From the NCBI RefSeq assembly GCF_006345805.1, contig NC_043019.1, forward strand, positions 16,429,360 to 16,493,359: a stretch of DNA of 64,000 nucleotides. Direction: 5' to 3'. The stretch is from Octopus sinensis. Taxonomy: Eukaryota. The notes beneath the pieces are model-generated. The model ran no database searches and was not told the DNA's origin. It saw nothing but the letters and a program-made list of their open reading frames with translations. This document shows, piece after piece, positions 40,134-52,439 of the stretch. Each line of letters begins with the position of its first letter. Positions within the stretch are counted from its first letter, which is position 1. Position numbers and translations under genes: made by a program.

Positions 40134-40594
40134 CGTTGTAGAAGGGAACTGCTGAACTGCCATGTTTTTGTCTGTAGGCCAACCGACATAATTCATGCTG
40201 TACATATTTGGATAAGAAGAGCCAGGATGCAACTGCTGATGCTTCTGTTGTTGCTGCTGCTGTTGGTGATGCTGCTGTTGTTGTTGGAGATGTTTCTGTT
40301 GCTGTTGTTGCTGGAGGTGGTGTTGCTGCTGTTGTTGAAGTAGATGTTGTTGTTGTTGAAGTTGTTGATAGTGTTGCTGTTGTTTTTGGTGTTGCTGCTG
40401 CTGCTGCTGCTGCTGTTGTTTGTGGTGGTGCTGCTGTAGTTGTTGCTGATGATGGCGTTGCTGTTGTTGATGATATTGCTGTTGCAGCTGGTGCTGCTGC
40501 TTCTGTTGATGATGGTGATGATGCTGGATGTGGCGATGTTGGTTACTGCCATCGTGTGCAGCATTAGGCACAAGTGGACTGGGCTGCAGTGGCC
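40134..40594 (-). CDS. TUT4/7: TUT4/7 poly-Q/H low-complexity exon
   Basis: Acceptor cttcttccgctgcag and donor gtaagc. The phase is compatible with the upstream exon. Encodes PLQPSPLVPNAAHDGSNQH..(Q/H)n..HPGSSYPNMYSMNYVGWP..STT. Confidence 0.7.
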
Positions 40595-41109
40595 CTGCAG
40601 CGGAAGAAGAAAAGAAAGCAAAAAGAAAAAAACAGAGTTTTTAGTCATACAACAACAACAAGATGGTGGTTCATTTGGCATTTAACATCACAAAACTGAT
40701 AAACCAGTTCTGCCACTGATTCCATGTTTCCAACAAACCAATCCTTATTTCATGGCATTTATGATGACAACAACATCAAAGGACTTTCTTAGAAGAAAAC
40801 CTATTTATATTTGGCAAATTATCCAACACAGACACACAAGCTTGGTTTTGACATTGGGAAGAAATACAACTCAACACATCACACAACATCTTAGTCTGCT
40901 TACAGCTGGCTTTATTTCTTTCCATCATTTATACACCCTAGTATTAAACACGTGCATATATGTATATACTATACTACTAGTATAGTATCTACTATAAGAA
41001 ACTACTAGTAGCTTCTATCTTTACACTGAACACTAAATAATATTTCTCTCTTACTGGGTGGAGTCCTTTCATTTTATTGAGCTTGCATTAACAGAACAGT
41101 CAATTTTAT

Positions 41110-41141
<32 letters not shown>

Positions 41142-42165
41142 CATCATCATCACCATCATCATTTAACGTCCGCTTTCCATGCTGGCATGGGTTGGATGGT
41201 TTGACTGGGGACTGGCAAGTCAGGAGGCTGCACCAGGCTCCAGTCTGATATGGTAAGGTTTCTCCAGCTGGATGCCCTTCCTAACACTACCACTCTAACA
41301 GTGTAGTAGGTGCTTTTTACATTCCACTGGCACAGGGGCCAGTCAGTAGGCACCAGCATCAACCACACTCAAATGGTGCCTCTTACATGCCACCAGCACG
41401 GGTGCCTGTTGAATGGCACTACTACAGTTTTAATTGACTCCTCAGGTCTTCTCAAGCACAGCATATTGCCTGACGACTGAAGGGTATTTTTAAATGGGCC
41501 AGTTATGTGACACTGGCATCAGCCATGGCTACAGTCTCACTTGGCTTTCCGAGGACAGCACATCTCCAAGGGTCTCGGTTGCTTGTCATTGTCTCTGTAA
41601 GGCCCAATGTTCGAACGTCGTGCTTCACCACCTCATCCCATGTCTTCCTGAGTCTACCACTTCAACAGGTTTCTTCGACTGTTAATGTGTGACATTTCTT
41701 CACACAGCTGTCCTCATCCATATGTCCTTCCATTAAAACCTCTTCAAGACAGTGCCCCAGCATGGCCACTCTAATAACTAAAACAAGTAAAGAAAGATAC
41801 ACAAATAGACACACACATAATATGGCTGTGGGGGAGGCTTGCTTTGCAATCAAACTGTTTTGGATTGAGTTACTTGAACAGAATTCCGTGTTAACCGTTT
41901 TTGCTGGAGGCAAAATGAAATGCTATCAACAGCAGCCAGCTATGATCACAATGAGCTGGTGATCCTTTGCAGCATCCATTCAACAGCCATTCTAATAAGC
42001 TTAGCATAACTTTTTAGACAGAAACTGTGGGGAAGCCCTGTGTGTGTGTGTGTAGGCTCAGATAGTTCAAAGGCTTCATACATGTAAACCTCAACCTTTC
42101 AATCAACCACATTTCAAACAACAAAAACAAAAAAAAAAAAAAAAAACAATGCCTGAGATATTTAC

Positions 42166-42260
42166 TTTGATGATGCGAATTACCCCAGTTTTCTCTGTTC
42201 ATGGCCATGTTGTCCCTCTTCTGTTGTGAAGCATCTTGCTTATTGTTGTTGTTGTTCTCT
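42166..42260 (-). CDS. TUT4/7: TUT4/7 exon following the zinc knuckle
   Basis: Acceptor ttgtttcag. Encodes KENNNNNKQDASQQKRDNMAMNRENWGNSHHQ. The donor is either gtaaat after 42166 or gtaatt after 42184, both phase 1. Confidence 0.65.
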
Positions 42261-43121
42261 CTGAAACAAAAAACAAAAAAATAACAGGTTCACATACAAT
42301 GTTTCCCCCTCAACAAACTGGAGAGCCATCTTACTGAATATTAAACAAATGAAGACCAAAGGAAATTTCTATCTCAAAGATGGCCAGCATTCAAATGAAG
42401 TTTGTAGGAATTCTTTACTACAAACTCTGGCATATACCGTCAGTATTTTTATGTCATCATCATCATCATCATCATTTAGCGTCCGCTTTCCATGCTAGCA
42501 TGGGTTGGACGGTTCAACTGGGGTCTGTGAAGCTGGAAGGCTTCGTCAGGCCCAGTCAGATCTGGTAGTGTTTCTACGGCTGGATGCCCTTCCTAACGCC
42601 AACCCCCCATTTTATAATATTAAATATTACACAGGGAAAACAATTTCGAACAGAATTTCTGAGGAGTTGGCTTCTGCCCTTCATTTAGACTAAAATAGAA
42701 TCAGTTCAAAATTACATTCAGTTTTCTTCGACCATATCAAGTTTTTTTTCTTTCTACAGCTAACTCTCTGATTAAGCACAACAGTCTTGTTTGTCCAGAA
42801 GTAATAAGGCTGGTCAGTCACTTTTATTATTTTATTGATAATTATCAATATAAATTATATAAATATCCGTCAAATGTAAATAATGTATATTATATTCTTT
42901 TATTCTTTTACTTGTTTCAGTCATTTGACTGCAGCCATGCTGGAGCACCGCCTTTGGTCGAACAAATCGACTCCAGGACTCGTTCTTTGTAAGCTTAGTA
43001 CTTATTCTATTGGGCTCTTTTGCCGAACTGCTAAGTTACGGGGATGTAAATACACCAACATTGGTTGCCCATTAATGGTGGCGGGGGACAAACATAGACA
43101 TACAAATACATACATACATAC

Positions 43122-43166
<45 letters not shown>

Positions 43167-44141
43167 CATATACACACACACGACAAGCTACTTTCAGTTT
43201 CCGCCTACCAAATCCGCTCACAAGGCTTTGGTCAGCCTGAGGCTACAATAGAAGGTACTTGCCCAAGATTCCACAGAGTGGGATGGAACCTGGAACCACG
43301 TAGTTGGGAAACAAGCAACTTACCACACAGCCGCTCCTGCACCTACGTATATAATATCGGCAATATTTTGTACTACTAACTACTTACTATGTATGCAGTA
43401 TTTCAAAGTAATTTGTATTATTCACTGGTCTACATACGGGATGTAATAAAAATACAATTCAACGCTGACCACATAACTATTACATCGACATGGGTATCAG
43501 TATTTGTGCTATTACTAGTATTATATCTACTTGGGTCAACTTGACATCTGCATTTATCCAAGCACCCAAAAGATCCAATACTCAGACAAATGCAAGAGTA
43601 CGTCCTTATAAATGAAACCTCCCAAATACTAAATAGGAAATACACATAGTAGATACAATACGTCCATACCCAGTTTACACAGGTAGAGTAGAATAGTTAG
43701 TGGACTGTTATGTAGATTTATGTAGATTTATGTATGTATGTGTGTGTGGGGGTGTGAGTGTTTTTTTTTTGTATGTAAGCATATGGATATGAAAATAAAC
43801 AGATCAACATAGAGACGGATAGGTACATAGGTTATAAGAACAGACAAGCACACATATGCAAATGGAGACTGACACACATGATCATATATACACACACACA
43901 CTTTACTCCACACAAGGACACATATGGAGACACGAATCCACACATATCTGTCATATTTTGTACTCCTGGAAGCAAGAGGAGAGATGAAGAGGAGGAGGTG
44001 GGGAGAGAGAAGGAAAGAGAAACAGCAATTGGGGGAGAAAAGGAGGAGAGAGGAATAGTTATTAGATGAAGGATGGGGAGAAAAAAAAAAGCTTCTTGAA
44101 AGTAAAGCAGGCGAAAAAGAAAAAGAAAAAAGCTGACATAC

Positions 44142-44266
44142 TTGTTCCTCTTGCTACGCTTCATGGGACACTCGACGAGAATGTGTCCGATCTTACCACA
44201 GGCATGGCAGCACCTGTCTGTTGGGGGTTTGCCTTCTTTTAAGCGATTGGCATCAAAATAGAAGTC
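44142..44266 (-). CDS. TUT4/7: TUT4/7 exon with CCHC zinc knuckle
   Basis: Encodes DFYFDANRLKEGKPPTDRCCHACGKIGHILVECPMKRSKRN, with AG/GT boundaries. Compare TUT7 as recalled, PNDRCCRICGKIGHFMKDCPM. Confidence 0.92.
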
Positions 44267-44432
44267 CTAATTGGTTAAAATAGAACATTGAAAAGTTACA
44301 CAGCTGTAACACAGAGAGGTATATATATATATATAACGGGAAGCTTTATGAAAATAAACAAAAGACGAAGGCAGGTGGAGTACAAATAAACAATTGTATT
44401 AGTATGGCGCTCAGGAATATAAATAAAACAAG

Positions 44433-44470
44433 TCTTTTACGTTTCGAGCCTAGGCTCTTCAACAGAAAGA
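44433..44470 (-). ncRNA. Hammerhead-like motif with variant core CUGUUGA
   Basis: Minus strand reads TCTTT-CTGTTGA-A-GAGC-CTAG-GCTC-GAAA-CGT-A-AAAGA. Stems I and II pair perfectly, helix III is the ACGT palindrome, and the triplet is GUA. Confidence 0.6.
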
Positions 44471-44531
44471 TACACAGAAAAAAACAAGGATAGAAAAAAA
44501 TGCGTGCAGAAGCTAGCGATTCAACATGGTG

Positions 44532-44575
<44 letters not shown>

Positions 44576-44639
44576 AAGACTTTTACAATGGTTTGAAGCA
44601 TTAAAATATGTACACAAATAGGTTGTTTGTGGAAGATGT

Positions 44640-45310
44640 GAGAAAGGAAGTGGAGGGCTGGCAAAGTCAGTGTATGTGACGAGGTGGAGTGGGTTCTGTT
44701 ATTTGGGAGATAGGGTGGATGTAAGTGGTAGATGTGGAGCAGCTGCGAAAGCAAGAGCGAGACTTGGCTGGGTGAATTTCAGGGGATGTGGATCATTGAT
44801 ATATGGGAAAAGGTTCTCATTGAAGATGAAAGGAAGGGTCTATAGGAGTTGTGTGAGAGCTGCAATGCTGTAAGGGAATGAGACATGGTGTCTGAGGGGG
44901 AGGGAGATGGTAGTTTTGAGGAGGACTGAGAGAGCCATGGTGAGAGAAATGTGTGGCATGAGGCTGTTTGATAAGAGAAGGGCTGAGGACTTGATGGGGA
45001 TACTGGGGCTGGAGGAATCAGTGGAACGGTTGACAAAGGTGAATGGAGTGCGGTGGTATGGGTATGTGTTGAGGAGGGATGAGGAACATGTGCTGAAGAG
45101 GGTGCTAGAGTTTGAGGTAAACGGACAGCAAAAGCAAGGTAGACCAAGGAAAATGTGGAGGGGACAGGTGGGGGAGGAAATTGGGAAGGCTGGCTTGGGA
45201 AAGGAGGATGCCCAAAACTAAGTGAGATGGTTTGAGGGCGGTTGCTATGGCATTGAGGTAGATCCAGCCACCCTTGTTAACGGGGACAAAACTTGGATTC
45301 AAAATGATGG
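44640..45310 (+). mobile_element. RTE-clade LINE ORF2 3' fragment, antisense in a TUT intron
   Basis: ORFs encode FCYLGD..AAAKARARLGWVNFR..KGRVYRSCVRAAML and RTERAMVREMCG..RWYGYVLRR..GRPRKMW. The fragment ends in (GAT)n. Confidence 0.85.
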
Positions 45311-46209
45311 ATGATGATGATTGGAAAAAAATGCTGAAAAAAGCAAGTGGAAAAACATGGTCAAAAAAGAAAAAAAATTCTGTAATATTTTTGCTGACTC
45401 ATGTCCTGAGTTCAAATTCTGCTGTGGTTTACTTTGTCTTTCATTCTTTCAGGGTCGATAAATAAAGTTGTTGATCTCTGAAAGTGGATGGAACATGTGG
45501 AAGTGGGAGACCCAGGAAGATATGGGACAAAGTACAGAAGAATGACCTCAGGCCCTGGAACCTTTCAGGCAAGATGACAAAGAACTGAGATGCCTGATGC
45601 CTTGCCATACGCAAGAAGACCCATACTCCACAGCCGGAGTGTTAAGACCGATCCTTATGGCGGGGCCACATAGAAGCACACATGAGGTATCATGTAAAAG
45701 CACCCAGTACACTGTGTAAAGGGCATCCAGCTGTGGAAACCATGACAAATCAGACTGGAACCTGGTCCAGCTCCCCAGCTCTGGTCACACCGTCCAACCC
45801 ATACAGGCATAGACAATGGACATTGATGATGATGATGATAAGAACTCAGGACCTTGTGCCAAAATTAAAAGAACTACATTTTTTTTATTCATTTATTATT
45901 ATTTTATTTTTTTGTATCTTTGACTTTATAAAAGTAACCTTACTCAACTCTGAAGTCAAACTGTGGTCCCCAATTATTTTAACAGTTGATCGACTCCTCT
46001 CCAAACTCAGTGGATCCACTTGCATGTAATTAGCAACCAGTGAAATCAAGAAGCAACATAATGACTTAAGTAGCAACGAGTTTAGAACCTGAGACTTGGA
46101 TAACATTTAAAAGCCACAACATTTGTGATAATGACATTTGAAAACAAACTAGAAAACAGAAAACCGAAAAAATAAGGGAAAATACAAAATGAAAGTAGAT
46201 GGTACCTAC

Positions 46210-46301
46210 CCCAAGTGTTTCATAATTCGGGGGAATTTGAGAGATAGGGGTGCCGTATACATTACGTCCATTGATGAAAGTTTTCAGAATGTAGTTGTTC
46301 A
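46210..46301 (-). CDS. TUT4/7: TUT4/7 exon
   Basis: A+TG starts MNNYILKTFINGRNVYGTPISQIPPNYETLG, between a cattctag acceptor and a gtaggt donor. Confidence 0.9.
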
Positions 46302-46636
46302 CTAGAATGAAATGGAGGGTTAAATGTTAAGAGAGAGAGATTGTTTTAGAGCAAAGACCCACAGAGAAACATGTCTGTGGGTCACGTTTCTCAGAGCTAC
46401 ACACATTCTGAGAAACACACACACACAAGGATAAAACATACATAAAGTGAAATCCATCACAAATACACACACACAGAACAATATACACACACTCATTAAA
46501 GATAAAACACGCACTGACAAATCCACAACAAAACACACATATGTTCTCATAGAGAGCAAGTTAATAAACACACACACAGAGTAAATATGCAAAGAGAGAC
46601 ACACATTGCTGGCAGCATGAGTAGTTAGGACAGAGC

Positions 46637-46673
<37 letters not shown>

Positions 46674-46738
46674 GGAGGAATGAGAGAAAGGAAAAATGTG
46701 ATACAGAAGGGAAAGAGACAAGAGAAAGTGAGACTTAC

Positions 46739-46786
46739 TTTTTCTGGACAAACCAGCACCGAGGTTGTGGTTGATATCAAATGGAT
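46739..46786 (-). CDS. TUT4/7: TUT4/7 exon, nucleotide-recognition motif
   Basis: Encodes DPFDINHNLGAGLSRK, with the UTP-specificity His in the NHNL motif. AG/GT boundaries, phases consistent. Confidence 0.93.
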
Positions 46787-48229
46787 CTGAAAGACAAAAC
46801 AAACAGAATTTTCAAGAGAGCAATGGAGGAGGAGGAGGTGAACCATTGGTAGAGATGGAACTAACTTGTACCACCCAGCAAAGCAGTTTTCATTACTTCA
46901 TGAGCATCTCATGAGCTCACCAAACAAGGAATGGTCATTTTAAGCTAATGGAAGAACCTCTACAGGTTTATAGTAAAAAACACTTGTGTTTTCACTGAGT
47001 GGAACTGAACCCAAAACCACATGGTTGCAAAGGCAAGCTTTTTAACCACACAACTAGACCTGCTTTTGTTTTACAACCCCAGTTTCTTGTATGCTTATTA
47101 CATATGCAGAAAGTAGGCATTCTGTGATTCAGGTATCCTGACTCGAGGCACAACACCATGCCACTATGACTTTCTGTAAATTTTCATTCAACAGAGCAAT
47201 CGACTCAACCCAACAAGTTCTAAATATAAAAATGTGATATCTTTATTTCTTTCACTTTCAATTTCACATTATAACAAGTAACATAAAACACATACAACAC
47301 TAAAGTATAAACTGGACATACACACACACATCATCATTATCGTTTAATGTCTGCTTTCCATGCTAGCATGGGTTGGACAGGTCGACTGGGGTCTGGGAAG
47401 CCAGGAGGCTTCACCAGACTCCAATCTGTTCTGGTAATGTTTCTACAGTTGGATGCCCTTCCTAACACCAACCACTCCGAGAGTATAGTGGGTTCTTTTT
47501 ACGCACCACCAGCACAGGGGCCAGAGGGGACTGGCATTGGCCACAATCTGACATTGCTTTTTATGTGCCACCGGCACAGGTGCTAGTCAAGGCGGTGCTG
47601 GCATCGGCCACGTTTGGATGGTGCTTTTTACGTGCCACCGGCATGGGGACCACAACTACAATTTCCATTTGATTCAATTTTGATGTTGATGTACTTGACT
47701 CAATAGGTCTCTTCAAGCACGGCATGTGGCCCTACAATCCAACACACTAGTGTGAATGGATCAAATTTGTAAAACGACATTTCAAGCACTAATTAGACAC
47801 AGAAGATAAGTACACATATCTATTTCAAAATCCAAACGACAAACACAGGCGCTTGTCATTCCAACTTAAATTTATTGCAACTGGTAACATGGCTGCCTGA
47901 CAAGGGAGTCATACAGGCAAGATTTGAATCTTGTTAGCAGGCCTGCTTCTCTTCTCTGTCCCAAAGTGATGTTTATAATGTCAAATATCATTTACATGAA
48001 AAACCTGAACAGTTAATTCATCACCATTTGTGTATCATACTAAATGTATGTATGTCGTTAGAAGGCATGATGTTGTATAATTGTCTGATATAAAGTATCT
48101 TCATAGACTTGTGTTAAAACACGATATATATCAGAGGAAGACAAAAACCATTGCTGTAGTCACTCAAGAAAGTCATTTTGCCTTTCTTGAGGTTTGCCAG
48201 TGTTGTGCGTCCTCTTCACCCCTGCTTAA

Positions 48230-49479
48230 CCCTTTCATTACTAACCTGGCCGTACCCGGCCCAAACATTTTTTGGTTCATAATACCAACCTGGCCGTACC
48301 CAGCCGAGAGAACCTATTGTTATTTAAATATAAATTTGAACCCAAATCTCGTTGGTACATTCGTTAAAACAAGTGATTTCACTTTGTAAATAGTTGGGTT
48401 ATAGTATCCAACATTGCTTGACGTGATATCTCAACTCAGTGAATTTTGGGAGATTTTTTTCCACATTGTTTTCGGCATCGATTTTTCTTCAACTTTGAAA
48501 ATGGATAGGAGTTTCATGTTATCAAGCATTGATTCAGAATTTTAAGCTTTTTCAACGGAAAATAGGGAGATATCGAGAAAAAGAATGAATGAGGTACAAA
48601 AACACGTGGTGTACAAAATAATGAATAGGATATTTTTTTACCCGAAATGAAAGCAGCGATTCTGAAGAAACAAAGCAGCGATGGCAACAGCAAAGACGGT
48701 TTTACATCGGAATGAAGTAAAAAACTTTAAAAATGTTTTTATTAGCAATTTTTCTGGGGAGATAGTTTATCTATAGTCTTTCTTAGGAAGCGAAACCATT
48801 AGACTTTTATTTTTTTCAGTATGCTTGTTTGAAGCGATCACTTCGAAAATAAATTTACGCAGATTGTAAACAAACACAAAAGTTTGGAAAATTTGTGAAG
48901 CAAATACTGGGTACTGTTGTGGATTTAGTTTTTATACAGGGAAACTAATGTTAGTCAGCATGGCCTAGGGAACGATGTGGTCTGGAATTTATCACTTCCA
49001 TACCACAACCAGGGCCGTATATTATTTTTTGACCAATTTCTTTAGTTCGGTCAAACTTGCGGTGGATTCCAGTATTTCACTTTATTCCACCTTTATGGTA
49101 CACCTGTTGTGCATCAAATTCAACTGATGATCTAGTGATGTGCACAATTCTTCTTTATCAAAATTTTGTTGCATACCCATTTGAATATTAGCTGATGATT
49201 CATTTTCTATGGTGATGTTTAAACAAAATTTTAATATTTTTACCTTTTGCTCAATTTACCTGGATTTACCTGTAATTAAAGTTACTTTGAGACAAAAGTT
49301 ATGCAATAGAATTGATTAAGAACCCTTTCTTTAATTATGTTCCAAATATCACATTAATATGTTGATAAGTAAAAAAGTTACAGTTATTTAATGAAACAAG
49401 CCTAAATTCATGATTATTTTAGAATTCAATTGAAACTCATGAGGGGTGTATTTTGGTCAGAAATATAGTAACGAAAGGG
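48230..49479 (+). mobile_element. Internally deleted piggyBac DNA transposon
   Basis: TTAA target-site duplications at 48226-48229 and 49480-49483. Terminal inverted repeats CCCTTTC(A/G)TTACT. Frameshifted transposase remnant ANTGYCCGFSFYTGK / HGLGNDVVWNLSLPYHNQGRILFFD-NFFSSVKLA at about 48899-49060. Confidence 0.88.
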
Positions 49480-49724
49480 TTAAAGGAAATCCAAGTCTCA
49501 ATACACACACACACACATACATACATACATACATACACACATATATATATAGGAAACAAGGAATAAAACGCTCACTGCTACTGTGGAAGAAACGTGCTGA
49601 GGTGTACACAACTTAAAACTGATGGTGTGTGTGACCTTGTCTTCCTCTCACGCAGACATCACATACCAACATGCAGTCTTCCAGTGAAACACAAGCAAGA
49701 GAGAGAATGGTGTTTGCCTCTTAC

Positions 49725-49899
49725 CTTCAATGGCTAGACATTTTCCATTCCAGAGTTTCTCAAGTTTGGTCAGCTGCGAATGCTGTCGAATTGTGACCAC
49801 CATTTGGACATCAAACTTCTCAGTATAAAACACAAACAGACCAATCCACAGCTCGGCTACTGACTGCTTGTTCTGGCCACAATACTTCCAGGTATTTTT
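49725..49899 (-). CDS. TUT4/7: TUT4/7 exon (PAP-associated domain)
   Basis: Encodes KNTWKYCGQNKQSVAELWIGLFVFYTEKFDVQMVVTIRQHSQLTKLEKLWNGKCLAIE, with AG/GT boundaries. Confidence 0.92.
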
Positions 49900-50727
49900 C
49901 TACACACAAAAAGAGAGAAAGAAAGAGAGGTACTCAACAGGATGATGATGATGATGATGATAGTCATAGTGCCAATGCTTATTATAGTAATTGTTGTTGT
50001 TGTTTAACCACAGGTCAAGTAGATTTATGGTCCAATCATGACCATCCTATGTTTTCTTATGTGCAAGAGAACTTGGGACCACAAAGATGATGTAGCATGA
50101 TTTAAGGGAGATTTGACTGCTTTTTCTAAAGAAGGTCAAATGATTACATAGAGCTTCTCTCTCTCTCCTTGGCCCAAATAATAATATTCTTCAGTGGTAG
50201 TGGTAGTAACCATGGTTTCAAATTTTGGGAGAAGGCCAGAAATTTTGGGGGATGAGGTTAGTTTACATTGATCCCTAGTACTCAACTGGTACTTATTATC
50301 AACCCTGAAAGGATGAAAAGCAAAGTCGACCCCAGCAGCATTTGAACTCAAAACATAAAGTCAGAAGCAATGCCGCTAAGCAGTTTTTCTGGTAATGATT
50401 CAGTCGGCTTGCCATTTTGGTGGTACCAGTAATAATGCTAACAGTAACGAAAACCAGGCAGAGTTTTAAAGAAACAAAACAAAACAAAAATAAAAACAAA
50501 ATGAAGCAAAAATAATGGATTTCTATGGTAAGTATAAAGCCACAAAGTTAGGAATAGGGGTCACTCGATTGAACCGGTACAAAGACTTGGTTCCTCAGAA
50601 AACTGCAAGGCAAAAGTTTAGGGAGAAACCAAAGAGGGAGCCCAGAAACGACCGGCTTGCTCATCTTTGAAAGGTTAAACATAAAATATTTAATATACAT
50701 TAAAGAAAAATATCTGATAAAACTTAC

Positions 50728-50802
50728 CAGGTTTGCCAAGTCTTCAAAGAACCAGGCATTCCAGCTATCAACCAAGTGGACAGGTTTCTCACCCTCATAT
50801 AA
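50728..50802 (-). CDS. TUT4/7: TUT4/7 exon
   Basis: Encodes LYEGEKPVHLVDSWNAWFFEDLANL. 75 nt, AG/GT boundaries. Confidence 0.9.
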
Positions 50803-51143
50803 CTGCGGACAGACAGAGATGGACAGGCATTAAAAAAACAAATAAATCCTGAAGTCTTATTAACTGAAGGAAAGACAGAAGAAAAGTGAAGGTAGAGAGA
50901 GAGAGAGAGAGAGACAGACAGAGAGACAGAGTTTGTGTGGCTGAGGACACACAGACACACCTATTTATACATTCAAGCTCATTTTTAGTTTGTAAACCAA
51001 ATCCACTGACCAAGCTATGATTAGCATGGATCCATCAAAGAAGACACCTGACCAAGATGCTGACACAGCAGGAATGACACTGAAACAATAAAGCAAACAA
51101 AAGAGACAAACTGGCTGAAATATGGAGCAGAACCGGTTCTTAC

Positions 51144-51257
51144 CTCTTGCAGAACAGGAATCACTGGAGGATCACACTGCTGTAGATAGTGCAGTAACAT
51201 GAGGATGTATGCGTAGGAGGAAAGACTACCTTTTGAGGCATCCCCGATTTCACAAAC
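51144..51257 (-). CDS. TUT4/7: TUT4/7 exon
   Basis: Encodes VCEIGDASKGSLSSYAYILMLLHYLQQCDPPVIPVLQE, the hallmark GDAS.GSLSSYAY motif. Confidence 0.95.
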
Positions 51258-52439
51258 CTACACAAAAACAATAATTTAGCATCAATGATTTAACATCTAA
51301 TCATTCATGTTTGCATGGGTCAGGCAAATTCCACTGAGGCAGATTTTCTACGGCTGGAGGCCCTTCCTGCTGCCAACCCCCACCTCTTTCCAAGCACTGA
51401 CATAAACAGCTCAATGGCTGGACAGGTTTTCATGGAAGATTACAAATGAACACCATCACTTGTACTTTCAAGAGAATCCCCTTTGCTCTTGTAGCAGGGA
51501 TTGATTATACTGATACACCAATCACTGGGTATGACATACCCCTGTATTACTTGGTCAACCCTGTGGGTGGTTACCTTCAGCTTTATTTCACCAGATATTT
51601 TCCTCCTCTCAGTGACTATACCAAATGGACCAGCAATTTAACCTTACTTCATACCCTTAACAGCCATTTTTAGCATTTTGACACACTTTTCATCAACATT
51701 TCGGTTCAGTCCTGACATTTTGCTGTGCAATCTGGAACATCCAGCACCTTTGATCCTAAAAAGTACCCAACACTGATAAACCTCAGTGGCATAGCTGGAG
51801 TGTGTGCCACTCAGGCAAGCCCTTCACTTTGCTATCTGCATCTTTGCATCAGATCCCCAAACCTACACAGCAAAGTCAAAAGCCCTCATAAAAGTGTTAC
51901 CTGGGACAGACTGCATCCCTTTTTCTCTCTAGCTACACAACTGGCAAACCCCCTCCTTTCACCTTCTCTTCTTACTATGTACTCTTCTAGCAACATGACA
52001 TTGGTCTTTGCTGCCTTCCTTCTTCCATTCTTCCTAGGCCTGTCCTTTATATATAAATCTGTTTAAACCATCAATCCAATCCCTATCAGTTAACCTCCAA
52101 CATAAACAATTCTAGTGACTGCCATTAATTAGAAGCCCTGAACTCGTTCATCTTGCTTGCGACAGTGACGCTACCAACCTCTCCATAGCACTTATTAGCA
52201 ACAGGTAGGATAGAACCATTGAGGAAAAAACTACTAAAAATCTCCATTTATAAGAGAGATGTTTTTCACCAAAGTCAAGATTAAAATTAAGGGTGTATCA
52301 TATTACTTTGTAAACTTTTCTCCTACCTTTTTTTTTTTATTAAAATAAAAACAAAAAGCACAATAATGTCCTGGGTGAGGCTAACAAGTAGAGTCCGGTG
52401 GAGAAGGCACCACCTCCATGGGGTCCCATTAGAACATGC

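Noticed and set aside
40101-40685. Overlapping Leu-, Val/Ala- and Asn/Ser-rich ORFs
   Set aside because: These are alternative frames of the CAG/CAA repeat. Only the Q frame fits the upstream splice phase.
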